This document shows, one piece after another, positions 1 through 8,460 of a stretch of DNA of 15,835 bases. The notes beneath the pieces are model-generated. The model searched no databases. It was not told where the DNA came from and saw nothing but the letters and a program-made list of their open reading frames with translations. Within the stretch, counting starts at the first letter, position 1. Each line of letters starts with the position of its first letter. The stretch is from the NCBI GenBank assembly GCA_032128375.1, contig JAQBGU010000052.1:1-15835 (forward strand). The letters run 5' to 3'. The DNA comes from Deltaproteobacteria bacterium (GTDB lineage Bacteria > Myxococcota_A > UBA9160 > SMWR01). Position numbers and translations under genes: made by a program.

Positions 1-742
<742 letters not shown>

Positions 743-753
743 CGGCCGGTTTC

Positions 754-777
754 CGCAGTCCCGAAGCGGGCCCTGCG
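754..777 (+). terminator. GC-rich hairpin just downstream of the thiolase gene (possible terminator or 3' stabiliser)
   Basis: CGCAG-T-CCCG-AAG-CGGG-CC-CTGCG forms an interrupted stem. There is no U-tract after it. Confidence 0.3.
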
Positions 778-808
778 AGGCATGTAGAGCCAGCGTCGCG
801 ATTCATGC

Positions 809-844
809 TTGGCATCACCCGCCGCGTCGTGCAGACTGCCTGGC
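809..844 (+). promoter_or_regulatory. Putative sigma70-type promoter for a leaderless transcript
   Basis: TTGGCA (809-814), 17 nt, CAGACT (832-837), 7 nt, ATG (845). There is no Shine-Dalgarno sequence. Confidence 0.45.
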
Positions 845-1240
845 ATGACGATAACCAAGCGCATCTTGTTGTGGGTGATGGCCGCGTTCTACTGCTTCGG
901 CGGCTTCAACCACCTGTACAACCCGGATTTCTACCTCGCGCTCGTGCCGCCGGGATTGCCAAACCCCGAATGGCTGAATGTGCTGTCCGGTCTCGCCGAG
1001 ATCATCCTCGGTGTGTTCATTCTGGAGCCGCGTGTGAGGGTGCTTGCGGCGTGGGGAACTATCGCGCTGCTGATCGCGGTGTACCCGGCCAACCTGTGGG
1101 TGTGGGTGGAAAACGTCGGAGCCGACGGGCCCGGCACCGGTAGCGCGCTGGGCAATCTGATCCGCCAGCCGTTTCAGTTGTTGTTCATTGTCTGGGCATG
1201 GTGGTACACGCGGCCGGATGGCGACGTCGCTGACGTCTGA
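845..1240 (+). CDS. DoxX-like small integral membrane protein
   Basis: 131 aa with about 4 hydrophobic segments. Motifs GxxH..P..Y..LVPP.LP, SGLAEI..G, LLIAVYPAN and R.P.Q are typical of this DoxX-like family. Start placed at ATG 845 (MTITKRILL). Confidence 0.85.
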   Translation: MTITKRILLWVMAAFYCFGGFNHLYNPDFYLALVPPGLPNPEWLNVLSGLAEIILGVFILEPRVRVLAAWGTIALLIAVYPANLWVWVENVGADGPGTGSALGNLIRQPFQLLFIVWAWWYTRPDGDVADV

Positions 1241-1315
1241 GTTGAGAGTTCAGAGTTGAGAGTTGAGAGTCGCGAGTTGAGAGTCGAGAGTCGCGAGTCG
1301 AGAGTCGAGAGTTGA
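1239..1315. repeat. Tandem heptamer array, 11 units of GAGT(T/C)(G/C)(A/C)
   Basis: Read directly: GAGTTGA GAGTTCA GAGTTGA GAGTTGA GAGTCGC GAGTTGA GAGTCGA GAGTCGC GAGTCGA GAGTCGA GAGTTGA. Confidence 0.97.
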
Positions 1316-1365
1316 AGGCTGAACGAACCGCCGAATCAGGGCACAGCCTGCCCGAAGGGCCCGCG

Positions 1366-2568
1366 ATGAAGATCGAAATCGGGAGCGATGCGCGCGGGCC
1401 GCTTACCGGATACCGGGTCCTCGACCTCTCGACGGTGGTTTCCGGGCCGCTGTGCGCGCAGATCCTCGGTGACCTCGGCGCGGACGTGCTGAAGGTGGAG
1501 GCGCCCGGTGGCGACTCGTCCCGCAGGATGGGGCTACCGATGACCGACGGCATCAGCCCGCTCTTCGCGCAGTGCAACCGCAACAAACGGTCGATCGCGA
1601 TCGACCTCAAGGCTCCGCCCGGTCAACAGGTCGCGCGCAAAATGGCCAGCGGGGTCGACGTCGTGTTGACCAACTACCGCCCCGGTGTCGCCGAGCGGCT
1701 CGGCTTGGGATACCGCGACTTGATTGCCGTCAACTCTGATTTGGTCTACGTCGCGATCAGCGGGTTCGGTCCCGACGGCCCGTACCGCGATCTGCCCGCT
1801 TATGACTCGGTGATTCAAGGGCTCAGCGGTTTCATGTCGGTCCAGGGTGGTGATGCAGAGCCACAGCTGGTGCGGTCGATCATTGCGGACAAGGTCACGG
1901 CGCTGACCGCGGTATACGCCGTGATGGGGGGCCTGCTCGCCCGTGAACGCGGCGACCGAAAGGGACAACGAGTCGACGTGCCGATGCTGGACGCGTTCGC
2001 GGCGTTCATGTTGCCCGACACGCTGGCGGGTGGGTTGACGTTCCCTGAAGCGACGCCGCCAGTTTTCCCCAACGTCCATCGCACCTGGCAGACGGCCGAC
2101 GGCTACGTGGTCATGATGATCGTCGAGGACTACCAGTTCGCTGGGATCTGCCGCGCGGTCGATCGCGAAGATCTGATCGACGACCCGCGCTGCAGGAACT
2201 TGATTCAGCGTCTGATTCACGCGGACGAACTCTTCGCGATTCTCGAGCAGGAGCTGCTCAAGTGGACGACTGCAGACTTCCTGCGCCGGGCGCAGGCCCA
2301 TGGTGCACCGGTCGCCCACGCGAACTCGATCGACGACTTCCTGGCCGACCCACAGGTCGCCCACAATGGGATCGTCATCGAGACCGTCATCGATCCGGCA
2401 CTCGGGACCACGCGTTACCTGGGACCCGGGGTTCGCTTCGACGCCACGCCCGCGACGTTCCGTCGGCTTCCCCCTCGGCTCGGCGAGCAGACTGACGAGA
2501 TTCTGGCGGAGTTCGGCTACGACACACAGCAGATCGAGAAGCTTCGCTCGGACGGGACCGTCTGCTGA
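1366..2568 (+). CDS. CaiB/BaiF family (class III) CoA-transferase
   Basis: Motifs PLTGYRVLDLS, GP.C.QILGDLGADVLKVE.P.GD..R, NRNKRSIAIDLK, NYRPG..ERLGLGY, ISGFG..GPY and PRLGEQTDEIL. The catalytic Asp is in IIADKVTA. ATG 1366 is preferred to the TTG inside the repeat. Confidence 0.95.
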   Translation: MKIEIGSDARGPLTGYRVLDLSTVVSGPLCAQILGDLGADVLKVEAPGGDSSRRMGLPMTDGISPLFAQCNRNKRSIAIDLKAPPGQQVARKMASGVDVVLTNYRPGVAERLGLGYRDLIAVNSDLVYVAISGFGPDGPYRDLPAYDSVIQGLSGFMSVQGGDAEPQLVRSIIADKVTALTAVYAVMGGLLARERGDRKGQRVDVPMLDAFAAFMLPDTLAGGLTFPEATPPVFPNVHRTWQTADGYVVMMIVEDYQFAGICRAVDREDLIDDPRCRNLIQRLIHADELFAILEQELLKWTTADFLRRAQAHGAPVAHANSIDDFLADPQVAHNGIVIETVIDPALGTTRYLGPGVRFDATPATFRRLPPRLGEQTDEILAEFGYDTQQIEKLRSDGTVC

Positions 2569-2613
2569 TTCGCGCCGACCGGAGCCTCGCTCTTTGTGGC
2601 ATCATCCGCAGTC

Positions 2614-3492
2614 ATGACAGACCTCGAACAGCTCGGTTATTCATCCGACGACCGCGCCGTGGTCGTGCACGTAGACGATCTGGGGATGTCGCCTGGCGCA
2701 AACGAAGGCGGCGTCCAAGCGCTCGATGGCGCTGCGACATGCGGCAGCGTGATGGTGCCTTGTCCTGCCTTCGAACAGATGGCGCAGATCGCAAGAGAGC
2801 GACCGGAACTCGATATCGGTGTCCATCTGACCCTCAATGCGGAGTACCAGAACTACCGCTGGGGGCCGACCGCGGAAGCGGTGCCGGGGTTGGTTTCGCC
2901 CGACGGTGGCATGTGGCGAACGACTGCCGAAACGGTCGAACACGCGAGTGCGGAAGAGGTGGATCGCGAGTTGCGCGCACAGATCGATCGCGCCCTCGCG
3001 GCGGGCATCGACGTCACGCATCTCGATAGCCACATGGGGACCGTATTCAACCCGAAGTTCGTTGACGTTTACGTGACACTCGCGCGCGAGTACCGGCTGC
3101 CAGCATTCATTCCGCGCATATCGAACGACACGCTGCAACGCGCCGACCTGCCGCCCAACCTCGAACGCTACGTGTCACTGATCGAGGACGCCGAAAAAAG
3201 CGGGTTCCCGATCTTTGATCACTTCAACAGCGACTCGCTTCAGTTCCCACCCGGAACCGGCGCGGATCACAACCGCGCCAGAGTCGACGGCTTTGCTTCG
3301 GGCATCGCGTATCTGATCACGCATTGCGCACGTGGAGGTGATGAACTCGAGTCGATCGCGCCAGACTGGCGTCAGCGCGACGAGGAGCGGCAGATCTACT
3401 CCGATGGGACGATGGCACGCCACTTCGAAGACACCCATGTGAAGACGCTGGGGATGCGGCCACTGCGAGAGCTGTTGCGCCGGCGGCTCTGA
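2614..3492 (+). CDS. YdjC/ChbG family carbohydrate deacetylase
   Basis: Motifs HVDDLGM, SVMVPCP, DIGVHLTL, E..AQI..A...GID.THLDSHMG and a late His (ITHC). Start placed at ATG 2614. Confidence 0.88.
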   Translation: MTDLEQLGYSSDDRAVVVHVDDLGMSPGANEGGVQALDGAATCGSVMVPCPAFEQMAQIARERPELDIGVHLTLNAEYQNYRWGPTAEAVPGLVSPDGGMWRTTAETVEHASAEEVDRELRAQIDRALAAGIDVTHLDSHMGTVFNPKFVDVYVTLAREYRLPAFIPRISNDTLQRADLPPNLERYVSLIEDAEKSGFPIFDHFNSDSLQFPPGTGADHNRARVDGFASGIAYLITHCARGGDELESIAPDWRQRDEERQIYSDGTMARHFEDTHVKTLGMRPLRELLRRRL

Positions 3493-3699
3493 ATCGCCGT
3501 CGTTCATTTCGGGAGCGCGGCGCTCCGGCCCGGCAACCCAACCGCCGCATCGAAGCCAGGTTGCTCGACTAGCGGCGCGTTCGCCAGTGTGCGGCAAAGC
3601 GATCCAGGTCTTCGCCCCACGGAAAACGAGTCCGGCTTCGAGTTCCGGGGCTATCGACGGCGCACTGGAAATTGCCAGCGCTTTGGCTAATACGCACTC

Positions 3700-4155
3700 A
3701 TGAGGATCATCGAGGACGACCTGTCGAGTGCGGAGGTCGCTGCATTGTTGAGCGAGCACCTCGAGGCAATGGCCAACCACTCTCCGCCGGAGAGTATTCA
3801 CGCCCTCGACTTGATCGCACTGCGCGCGCCGGAGATCACTTTCTGGACGGCCTGGGACGATTCGGAGCTGCTCGGCTGCGGCGCATTGATGGAACTCGAC
3901 GACCGTCACGGCGAGATCAAGTCGATGCGAACCGCGGGTGCACATCTCCGGCAAGGCGTCGCGGCCGCGATTCTTTCGCACCTCATTGATGCGGCGACAA
4001 GCCGATCATATTCGCGAATCAGTCTTGAAACCGGCTCGGGAACTGCATTCGAGCCAGCCCACTCGCTCTACGAAAAATTCGGATTCAAGTACTGCGGTCC
4101 TTTCGGTCAATACGTAGAGGATCCGTTCAGTCGATTCATGACGCTGGAGTTGTAG
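3700..4155 (+). CDS. GNAT family N-acetyltransferase (YedL/YsnE-like)
   Basis: 151 aa. Motifs SPPESIHALD, GCGAL.EL, GEIKSMRT, acetyl-CoA loop RQGVA, LETGS, LYEKFGF and CGPFG.Y..DP.S.FM. Confidence 0.93.
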   Translation: MRIIEDDLSSAEVAALLSEHLEAMANHSPPESIHALDLIALRAPEITFWTAWDDSELLGCGALMELDDRHGEIKSMRTAGAHLRQGVAAAILSHLIDAATSRSYSRISLETGSGTAFEPAHSLYEKFGFKYCGPFGQYVEDPFSRFMTLEL

Positions 4156-4300
4156 AGAAAATCCCGTTGATCACGTCGTTGGGTCGCGGGGAACACCGCG
4201 GGGAGCTTCGCAAGGAGCAACTCGCACCAGCACGAAATCGAGAAGAATCGGGTTCCGGTCCGCGATCAGGTCCGAACTGGGACGCTCAGCGGTGCAGGGC

Positions 4301-4312
4301 TATCGTCATCCA
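4301..4312 (+). promoter_or_regulatory. Putative -10 box of a leaderless transcript
   Basis: TATCGT (4301-4306), 6 nt, ATG (4313). There is no SD. Confidence 0.45.
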
Positions 4313-5209
4313 ATGGGTATTTCGATCTCGGTGACGCTTGCGGGGCTTTCTCGGCTCTACCCCGATGGGCTGCAGGGGATACTGGAAACGGCCCGGATCG
4401 CAGACGAGGTGGGGATCGGGCAGATCGCGATTCCCGACCACGTCGTGATCGGGAATCGCACAGATGCGTATCCGTACGGGGCTTTTCCATTTCCGCAAGA
4501 AGAGCCCTGGCCCGAACCTTTGACTGTGTTGGCGGCGATCGCGGGCGCGACGCGGCGGTTGCGCCTCGCGACCGGGATCCTGATTGCGCCGCTGCGGCCC
4601 GCGGCGCTGCTCGCCAAAACGCTCGCGACGCTCGACGTGATGTCGGGCGGTCGACTCGACATCGGCGTCGGTACCGGTTGGCAATCGGAAGAGTACGACG
4701 CGGTGGGGGTTCCCTTCCGGGGGCGCGCTTCCAGGCTGGACGACACGCTGCGCGCGTGCCGCGCGCTGTGGACGCAGGCGCCAGCTTCGTTCGAATCTGA
4801 CAGCGTGAGCTTCGAGAATCTGTGGTCCTTTCCGCGTCCCTTTCAGGCGGGTGGCATTCCGCTGTGGCTCGGTTTGGCACTCACCGAGCGCAATCTCGCT
4901 TGTTTCACCGAATTCGATGCCGGCTGGATGCCGATGACTTCGGATCCCACCGGGCTCGAAGACGGCATCCAGACGCTGCGCCGGGTGCGGGGCGAAGCCG
5001 GACTCGATCCGGACCGGCTGCAGGTGCGAGCCAATGCGCCGGTGTTCTCCGACGAAAAGGGGCGGCTTGACCTCGATCGAACGCTGGACGGTCTCGGCGC
5101 GCTGGCGGAAATCGGCGTCACGCAGGCCGCGTTCGCACTACCCCGATTCGTGCGCCACGCCGCCGACATACCGGAGTTTCTCGAGACGCTGGCGCAGCGA
5201 GCCCGGTAG
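4313..5209 (+). CDS. LLM-class (luciferase-like) oxidoreductase, probably F420-dependent (Rv2161c-like group)
   Basis: Motifs PDHVV, EPLTVLAAIAGAT.RLRL.TGILI.PLRP...LAK.LATLD.MSGGRLDIGVG.GW..EEY...GVPF..R, P.P.Q..GIPLWLG and R......GWMP. Confidence 0.9.
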   Translation: MGISISVTLAGLSRLYPDGLQGILETARIADEVGIGQIAIPDHVVIGNRTDAYPYGAFPFPQEEPWPEPLTVLAAIAGATRRLRLATGILIAPLRPAALLAKTLATLDVMSGGRLDIGVGTGWQSEEYDAVGVPFRGRASRLDDTLRACRALWTQAPASFESDSVSFENLWSFPRPFQAGGIPLWLGLALTERNLACFTEFDAGWMPMTSDPTGLEDGIQTLRRVRGEAGLDPDRLQVRANAPVFSDEKGRLDLDRTLDGLGALAEIGVTQAAFALPRFVRHAADIPEFLETLAQRAR

Positions 5210-5256
5210 CCCGCGAGCGCTTCGCACGAGTTCGAGAGTGTCCATCCCGAGCGGCC

Positions 5257-5269
5257 TATACTCGCGCAA
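5257..5269 (+). promoter_or_regulatory. Putative -10 box of a leaderless transcript
   Basis: Near-consensus TATACT (5257-5262), 7 nt, ATG (5270). There is no SD. Confidence 0.55.
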
Positions 5270-6121
5270 ATGCTGAACTCCGACGATCTCACGCTATGCG
5301 CCGGCACCATGATGAACAAGCCCTTCGAGGCGCATGTTCGCGCTGCGGTTGCCGGCGGCTTCCGACGTATCTCGCTGTATGCAACCGAATACCAGGCGGC
5401 GCGAAACGCCGGGCTCAGCGATGTCGACATGAAGCGCATGCTCGACGATGCGGGACTCGCCGTCGCCGACCTCGACCCGCTGCTCAACTGGATCCCCAAT
5501 ACGTCGCTGGCCGGTGGGGCGACCCAAACAGGTTCTGAGTTCTTCGGGTCGTCCGAATCTGATTTCTATGCCATGGCCGAGGTGTTCGGCGCGCGCTCGA
5601 TCAACGCCGCGCTGTTCGTCGCCGAGCGTCTCGCCACCGATATCATCGCAGAAGCGTTCGGTGCGCTTTGCGACCGCGCGGCGGACCACGGCCTGCTCGT
5701 TCACCTCGAATACCTGCCTTGGACGCAGATCCCGAACCTCGAGACGGCGCTCGGCGTCGTCGAACTCGCCGACCGCGAAAACGGTGGATTGATGGTCGAC
5801 ACCTGGCACCACTTTCGCAGCCACGCCACGGCCGGGAGCCTGCTCGCGGTCGACGGGGCGCGGATCCTTGGCGTCCAGTTGAACGATGCACCAACGCAGC
5901 CGGCCGAGAATGTCATCGACGAGACGCTCCACCATCGTATGCTTCCCGGTGAGGGCGACATCGATCTGCTCGATGTCGTTCGCGCGTTGAAACAGATCGG
6001 CTGCGAAGCGCCGATCGGCGTCGAGGTGTTCTCGGATGAGCTCGCACGGCTCGATCCAGAGACACTCGGGCGGCGCTGTGGTGAAACTACGCGAAGCGTG
6101 CTCGCTGCAGCGGGAACTTGA
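5270..6121 (+). CDS. Sugar phosphate isomerase/epimerase (xylose-isomerase-like / AP endonuclease 2 TIM barrel)
   Basis: Metal-ligand pattern LEYLPW, VDTWH, VQLND, R.LPGEG.IDL and GVEVFS. Confidence 0.88.
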   Translation: MLNSDDLTLCAGTMMNKPFEAHVRAAVAGGFRRISLYATEYQAARNAGLSDVDMKRMLDDAGLAVADLDPLLNWIPNTSLAGGATQTGSEFFGSSESDFYAMAEVFGARSINAALFVAERLATDIIAEAFGALCDRAADHGLLVHLEYLPWTQIPNLETALGVVELADRENGGLMVDTWHHFRSHATAGSLLAVDGARILGVQLNDAPTQPAENVIDETLHHRMLPGEGDIDLLDVVRALKQIGCEAPIGVEVFSDELARLDPETLGRRCGETTRSVLAAAGT

Positions 6122-6145
6122 AAGACTGCCGCCGGCGAAACACAA

Positions 6146-7249
6146 TCAATCCGATTTCAGATCCGCGAGTTTGACCACGCGCGACTGGGGTTGTGGGTGC
6201 TGGTCGGCTCCGATCCAGCGCAGACACAACGTCCCGCGCGCGTGGCCGGCGGTTTCCAGCCAGTTTGGAAGCCCCGGATCCTCGTGCGCGATCGCGATCT
6301 GAACCGAGCCGTCTTCGCCGAGGACCGCGTCGTGATGATTCAGTGCGATGCGGTGATAACGGTAGTCGAGTGATTCCATCCAGTGGTTGTTGACCTGCAG
6401 ATTCCAGTAGTCGCATGCCGGCGGCGTCGCTTCTACGACCAGCGCTTCGTCGGCAGCCAGTTCGAAGTAACCGTGGAAGTAGCAGATATTCGGGTCGCCG
6501 TGCGCGGCGCGGGCGACTTCAGGGTCGAGTAACCGAAGCTCGTTCTTGTGCTGTGCGAAACCTTCTGCCCACTCGGCAAACAGCGTGGCCGTACCGTTGA
6601 CGTAGGCCGCGGCCGCGGCCAGTCCCTCGTCGAGAAACGCAGGGGTGAGCGGCGGGGGAGGGCCGAAGCCGCCGACTCGCTCGATTCGCAGCTCCGCGGT
6701 CTGCTCCGCTGCGCGGTCCTGAAACGTCTGTCGAACGATCAGCGAGGATGTATCCGGCTGCATCGGCAACCAGTTACCAGGCTGCTCCCTGCAGCCCACG
6801 ACGATCTCGAAACTGCCGTCGCTGGCGATCTCCATGTCGGCCGCCTCGAGGTAACCGGTCTGGCCGGAGCGTCGTTTCGAACCGTAGTTGCCCGCGTAGG
6901 TTCCAATCCCCAGGTAGTGGATCGTGTTTCGCCAGCCCGTGATCCGGTACTCGTACGCGCCGGAAATCGCTGCGCTCTGGTAGTAGTTGTCCGGGTTGTC
7001 GGCGCCGATCTTGACCGTTTCGTGTGCGGGTCGGCGCAGCACGGGCGCTTGCGGCTGTGCGAACTCGATGTACGACTCGAGCGCGACGCGCGTCAACCGG
7101 CTCAAGTATCGGTAGCCCTCGGCCTGATCGAACGGGTCCTTGGGCGAGCCATCGCGCAACACGACGCGACCCGCCCGCTTGAGTGCGTCGCAGAACTCAT
7201 CCCAACTGGCACCGCTCGCCATACGCTGGTTCAGATGCTCAGAAGTCAT
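6146..7249 (-). CDS. DUF1214-domain-like protein
   Basis: Motifs W..FCD.LK.AG, AEGYRYL.RL, G.DNPDN.Y, Y.ITG.R, DG.FEI, L.VRQ.F.D, EALV......C.YW.LQ....W.ESLDY and IAH.DPG.PNWL.T.GH..G....RW. A GGAG lies 9 nt upstream of ATG 7249. Confidence 0.8.
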   Translation of the reverse strand: MTSEHLNQRMASGASWDEFCDALKRAGRVVLRDGSPKDPFDQAEGYRYLSRLTRVALESYIEFAQPQAPVLRRPAHETVKIGADNPDNYYQSAAISGAYEYRITGWRNTIHYLGIGTYAGNYGSKRRSGQTGYLEAADMEIASDGSFEIVVGCREQPGNWLPMQPDTSSLIVRQTFQDRAAEQTAELRIERVGGFGPPPPLTPAFLDEGLAAAAAYVNGTATLFAEWAEGFAQHKNELRLLDPEVARAAHGDPNICYFHGYFELAADEALVVEATPPACDYWNLQVNNHWMESLDYRYHRIALNHHDAVLGEDGSVQIAIAHEDPGLPNWLETAGHARGTLCLRWIGADQHPQPQSRVVKLADLKSD

Positions 7250-7460
7250 CGATCGGTACTCCGTTCGCAAAATCGGAAAAACGCAACGAAACTCCGAGTG
7301 GGCATGTGAACTGAATCTCGGAATCACAGGCTTGCCGATCCCGGTCTCTCGGTGGCTGAATCGGCTCGGCGAGTTGGACCTCGGAGATCATCGAAAACTG
7401 CATCTGGCCAAAAAAGACGCCGGCATATCGGACCGCGACAGCATCGGCGCGCGCAGCCGG

Positions 7461-7540
7461 TAGAATCACCCCCTTGAACGCATCGCCGGCCGCCGCGGAA
7501 CTGCCCCGCTGGCCGAGCGGCAAGATCCGGAGGATCGCAC
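7461..7540 (+). promoter_or_regulatory. Putative -10 box, 5' UTR and RBS of the SDR-SDR-phosphatase unit
   Basis: TAGAAT at 7461-7466, a small hairpin CCGCT-GGCCG-AGCGG at 7506-7520, and GGAGG 7 nt before ATG 7541. Confidence 0.45.
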
Positions 7541-8395
7541 ATGGGCAAGCTCGAGGGAAAGGTCGCATTCGTGACCGGCGCCAGTCGCGGCATCGGCCGG
7601 GAAATCGCGTTGCTGTTCGCCTCCGAGGGGGCTCGCGTGGCTTGCTGCGCTCGAACGGTCGCCGAGGGCGACCACAAATTGTTCCAAGGCTCGCTGCGTT
7701 CGACTGTGGACGCGATTACCAGCGCGGGCGGCGAAGCGCGAGCGATCGCGTGTGACGTCTCCGAATATCAAAATTGCGCCACAGCGATCGCCCAAGCCCG
7801 CCAGGCTCTCGGACCGATCGATGTGCTTGTCAACAACGCAGCTCTCACCTACTTCATTGCGATCGATGCTTATCCGATCGCAAAGTGGCACCGCTCGTTT
7901 TCGGTCAACCTGCACGCACCGTTCTATTTGAGCCAACTCGTGCTCGAGGATATGATCCCGCGCAAGAGCGGCTCCATCGTCAATATCTCCAGCGGCGCAG
8001 CGATCGGCCCCGGTCGAGGACCCTACACCGACGCGCATCGCATGATTCGCGGTGGAACGCTCTACGGGATGGAGAAGGCCGCGCTGGAACGATTTACCCA
8101 GGGCCTTGCGTCCGAGGTTTACGACGAGGGCGTGTCGGTCACCTGCGTGAGCCCATCGCAGGTCGTGCCTACTGCGGGAACCGTTCATCACAAGCTGGTG
8201 CGGGATCTCGACGACCCGCGGGGCGAGCCTCCCGAGGTCATGGCGCGCGCAACGCTACTGCTGGCCACCGAACCGATCGAACGCGTCAGCGGTCGCGTCA
8301 CGTACAGCCAGGAAATTTTGACCGAGTTTGGCTGGATGGAGGCGGGGCAGGGTCTGGGATTCGATCACAGCGGTAGTGGCTATTCCAAGATCTGA
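7541..8395 (+). CDS. SDR family NAD(P)-dependent oxidoreductase (DHRS1/HSDL2-like type)
   Basis: TGASRGIG, ART after beta2, D.S, NNAA, ISS, catalytic YGMEK and a strong RBS. Confidence 0.93.
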   Translation: MGKLEGKVAFVTGASRGIGREIALLFASEGARVACCARTVAEGDHKLFQGSLRSTVDAITSAGGEARAIACDVSEYQNCATAIAQARQALGPIDVLVNNAALTYFIAIDAYPIAKWHRSFSVNLHAPFYLSQLVLEDMIPRKSGSIVNISSGAAIGPGRGPYTDAHRMIRGGTLYGMEKAALERFTQGLASEVYDEGVSVTCVSPSQVVPTAGTVHHKLVRDLDDPRGEPPEVMARATLLLATEPIERVSGRVTYSQEILTEFGWMEAGQGLGFDHSGSGYSKI

Positions 8396-8460
8396 ATCCC
8401 ACGACGTCTGTCTCTGATCGCCCTTGCAGCCGACGCGCGTGAACTCGATTGGGTAAGCCG

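Noticed and set aside
1312..1365. N-terminal extensions given by the ORF track (TTG 1312; likewise 809, 2596, 4292, 7327, 12073)
   Set aside because: The extensions lack family similarity, start within repeats or overlap neighbouring genes. Downstream ATGs fit the domain start and RBS or -10 signals better.
1185..1610. Minus-strand ORF with repetitive peptide (SRLSTRDSRLSTRDSQLSTLNSQL)
   Set aside because: This is only the translation of the heptamer array, antisense to two real genes.
3512..3526. Hairpin GGAGCG-CGG-CGCTCC after the deacetylase gene
   Set aside because: A 6-bp stem with a 3-nt loop and no following U-tract on the + strand is too weak to call a terminator.
3590..3690. Intergenic translations FAPRKT and GFEFRGY, reminiscent of group II intron RT motifs (PEKT...GFDFLG)
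   Set aside because: The two pieces are in different frames, too close together and very short. There is no YADD motif and no domain V-like RNA.
4185..4206. CGCGGGGAACAC followed by CGCGGGGAGC, matching the reverse complement of the first 12 nt of type I-E CRISPR repeats (GTGTTCCCCGCG)
   Set aside because: The other half of the palindromic repeat is missing, there are no spacer-separated copies, and there are no cas genes. A chance match or small hairpin is more likely.
5294..6145. Long antisense or alternate-frame ORFs (e.g. 5294-6145 -, 1534-2364 -, 9521-10393 -, 10590-11876 -, 3175-3981 -, 6548-7309 +)
   Set aside because: They overlap well-supported genes and have no recognisable motifs. 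Such shadow ORFs are expected in GC-rich DNA.
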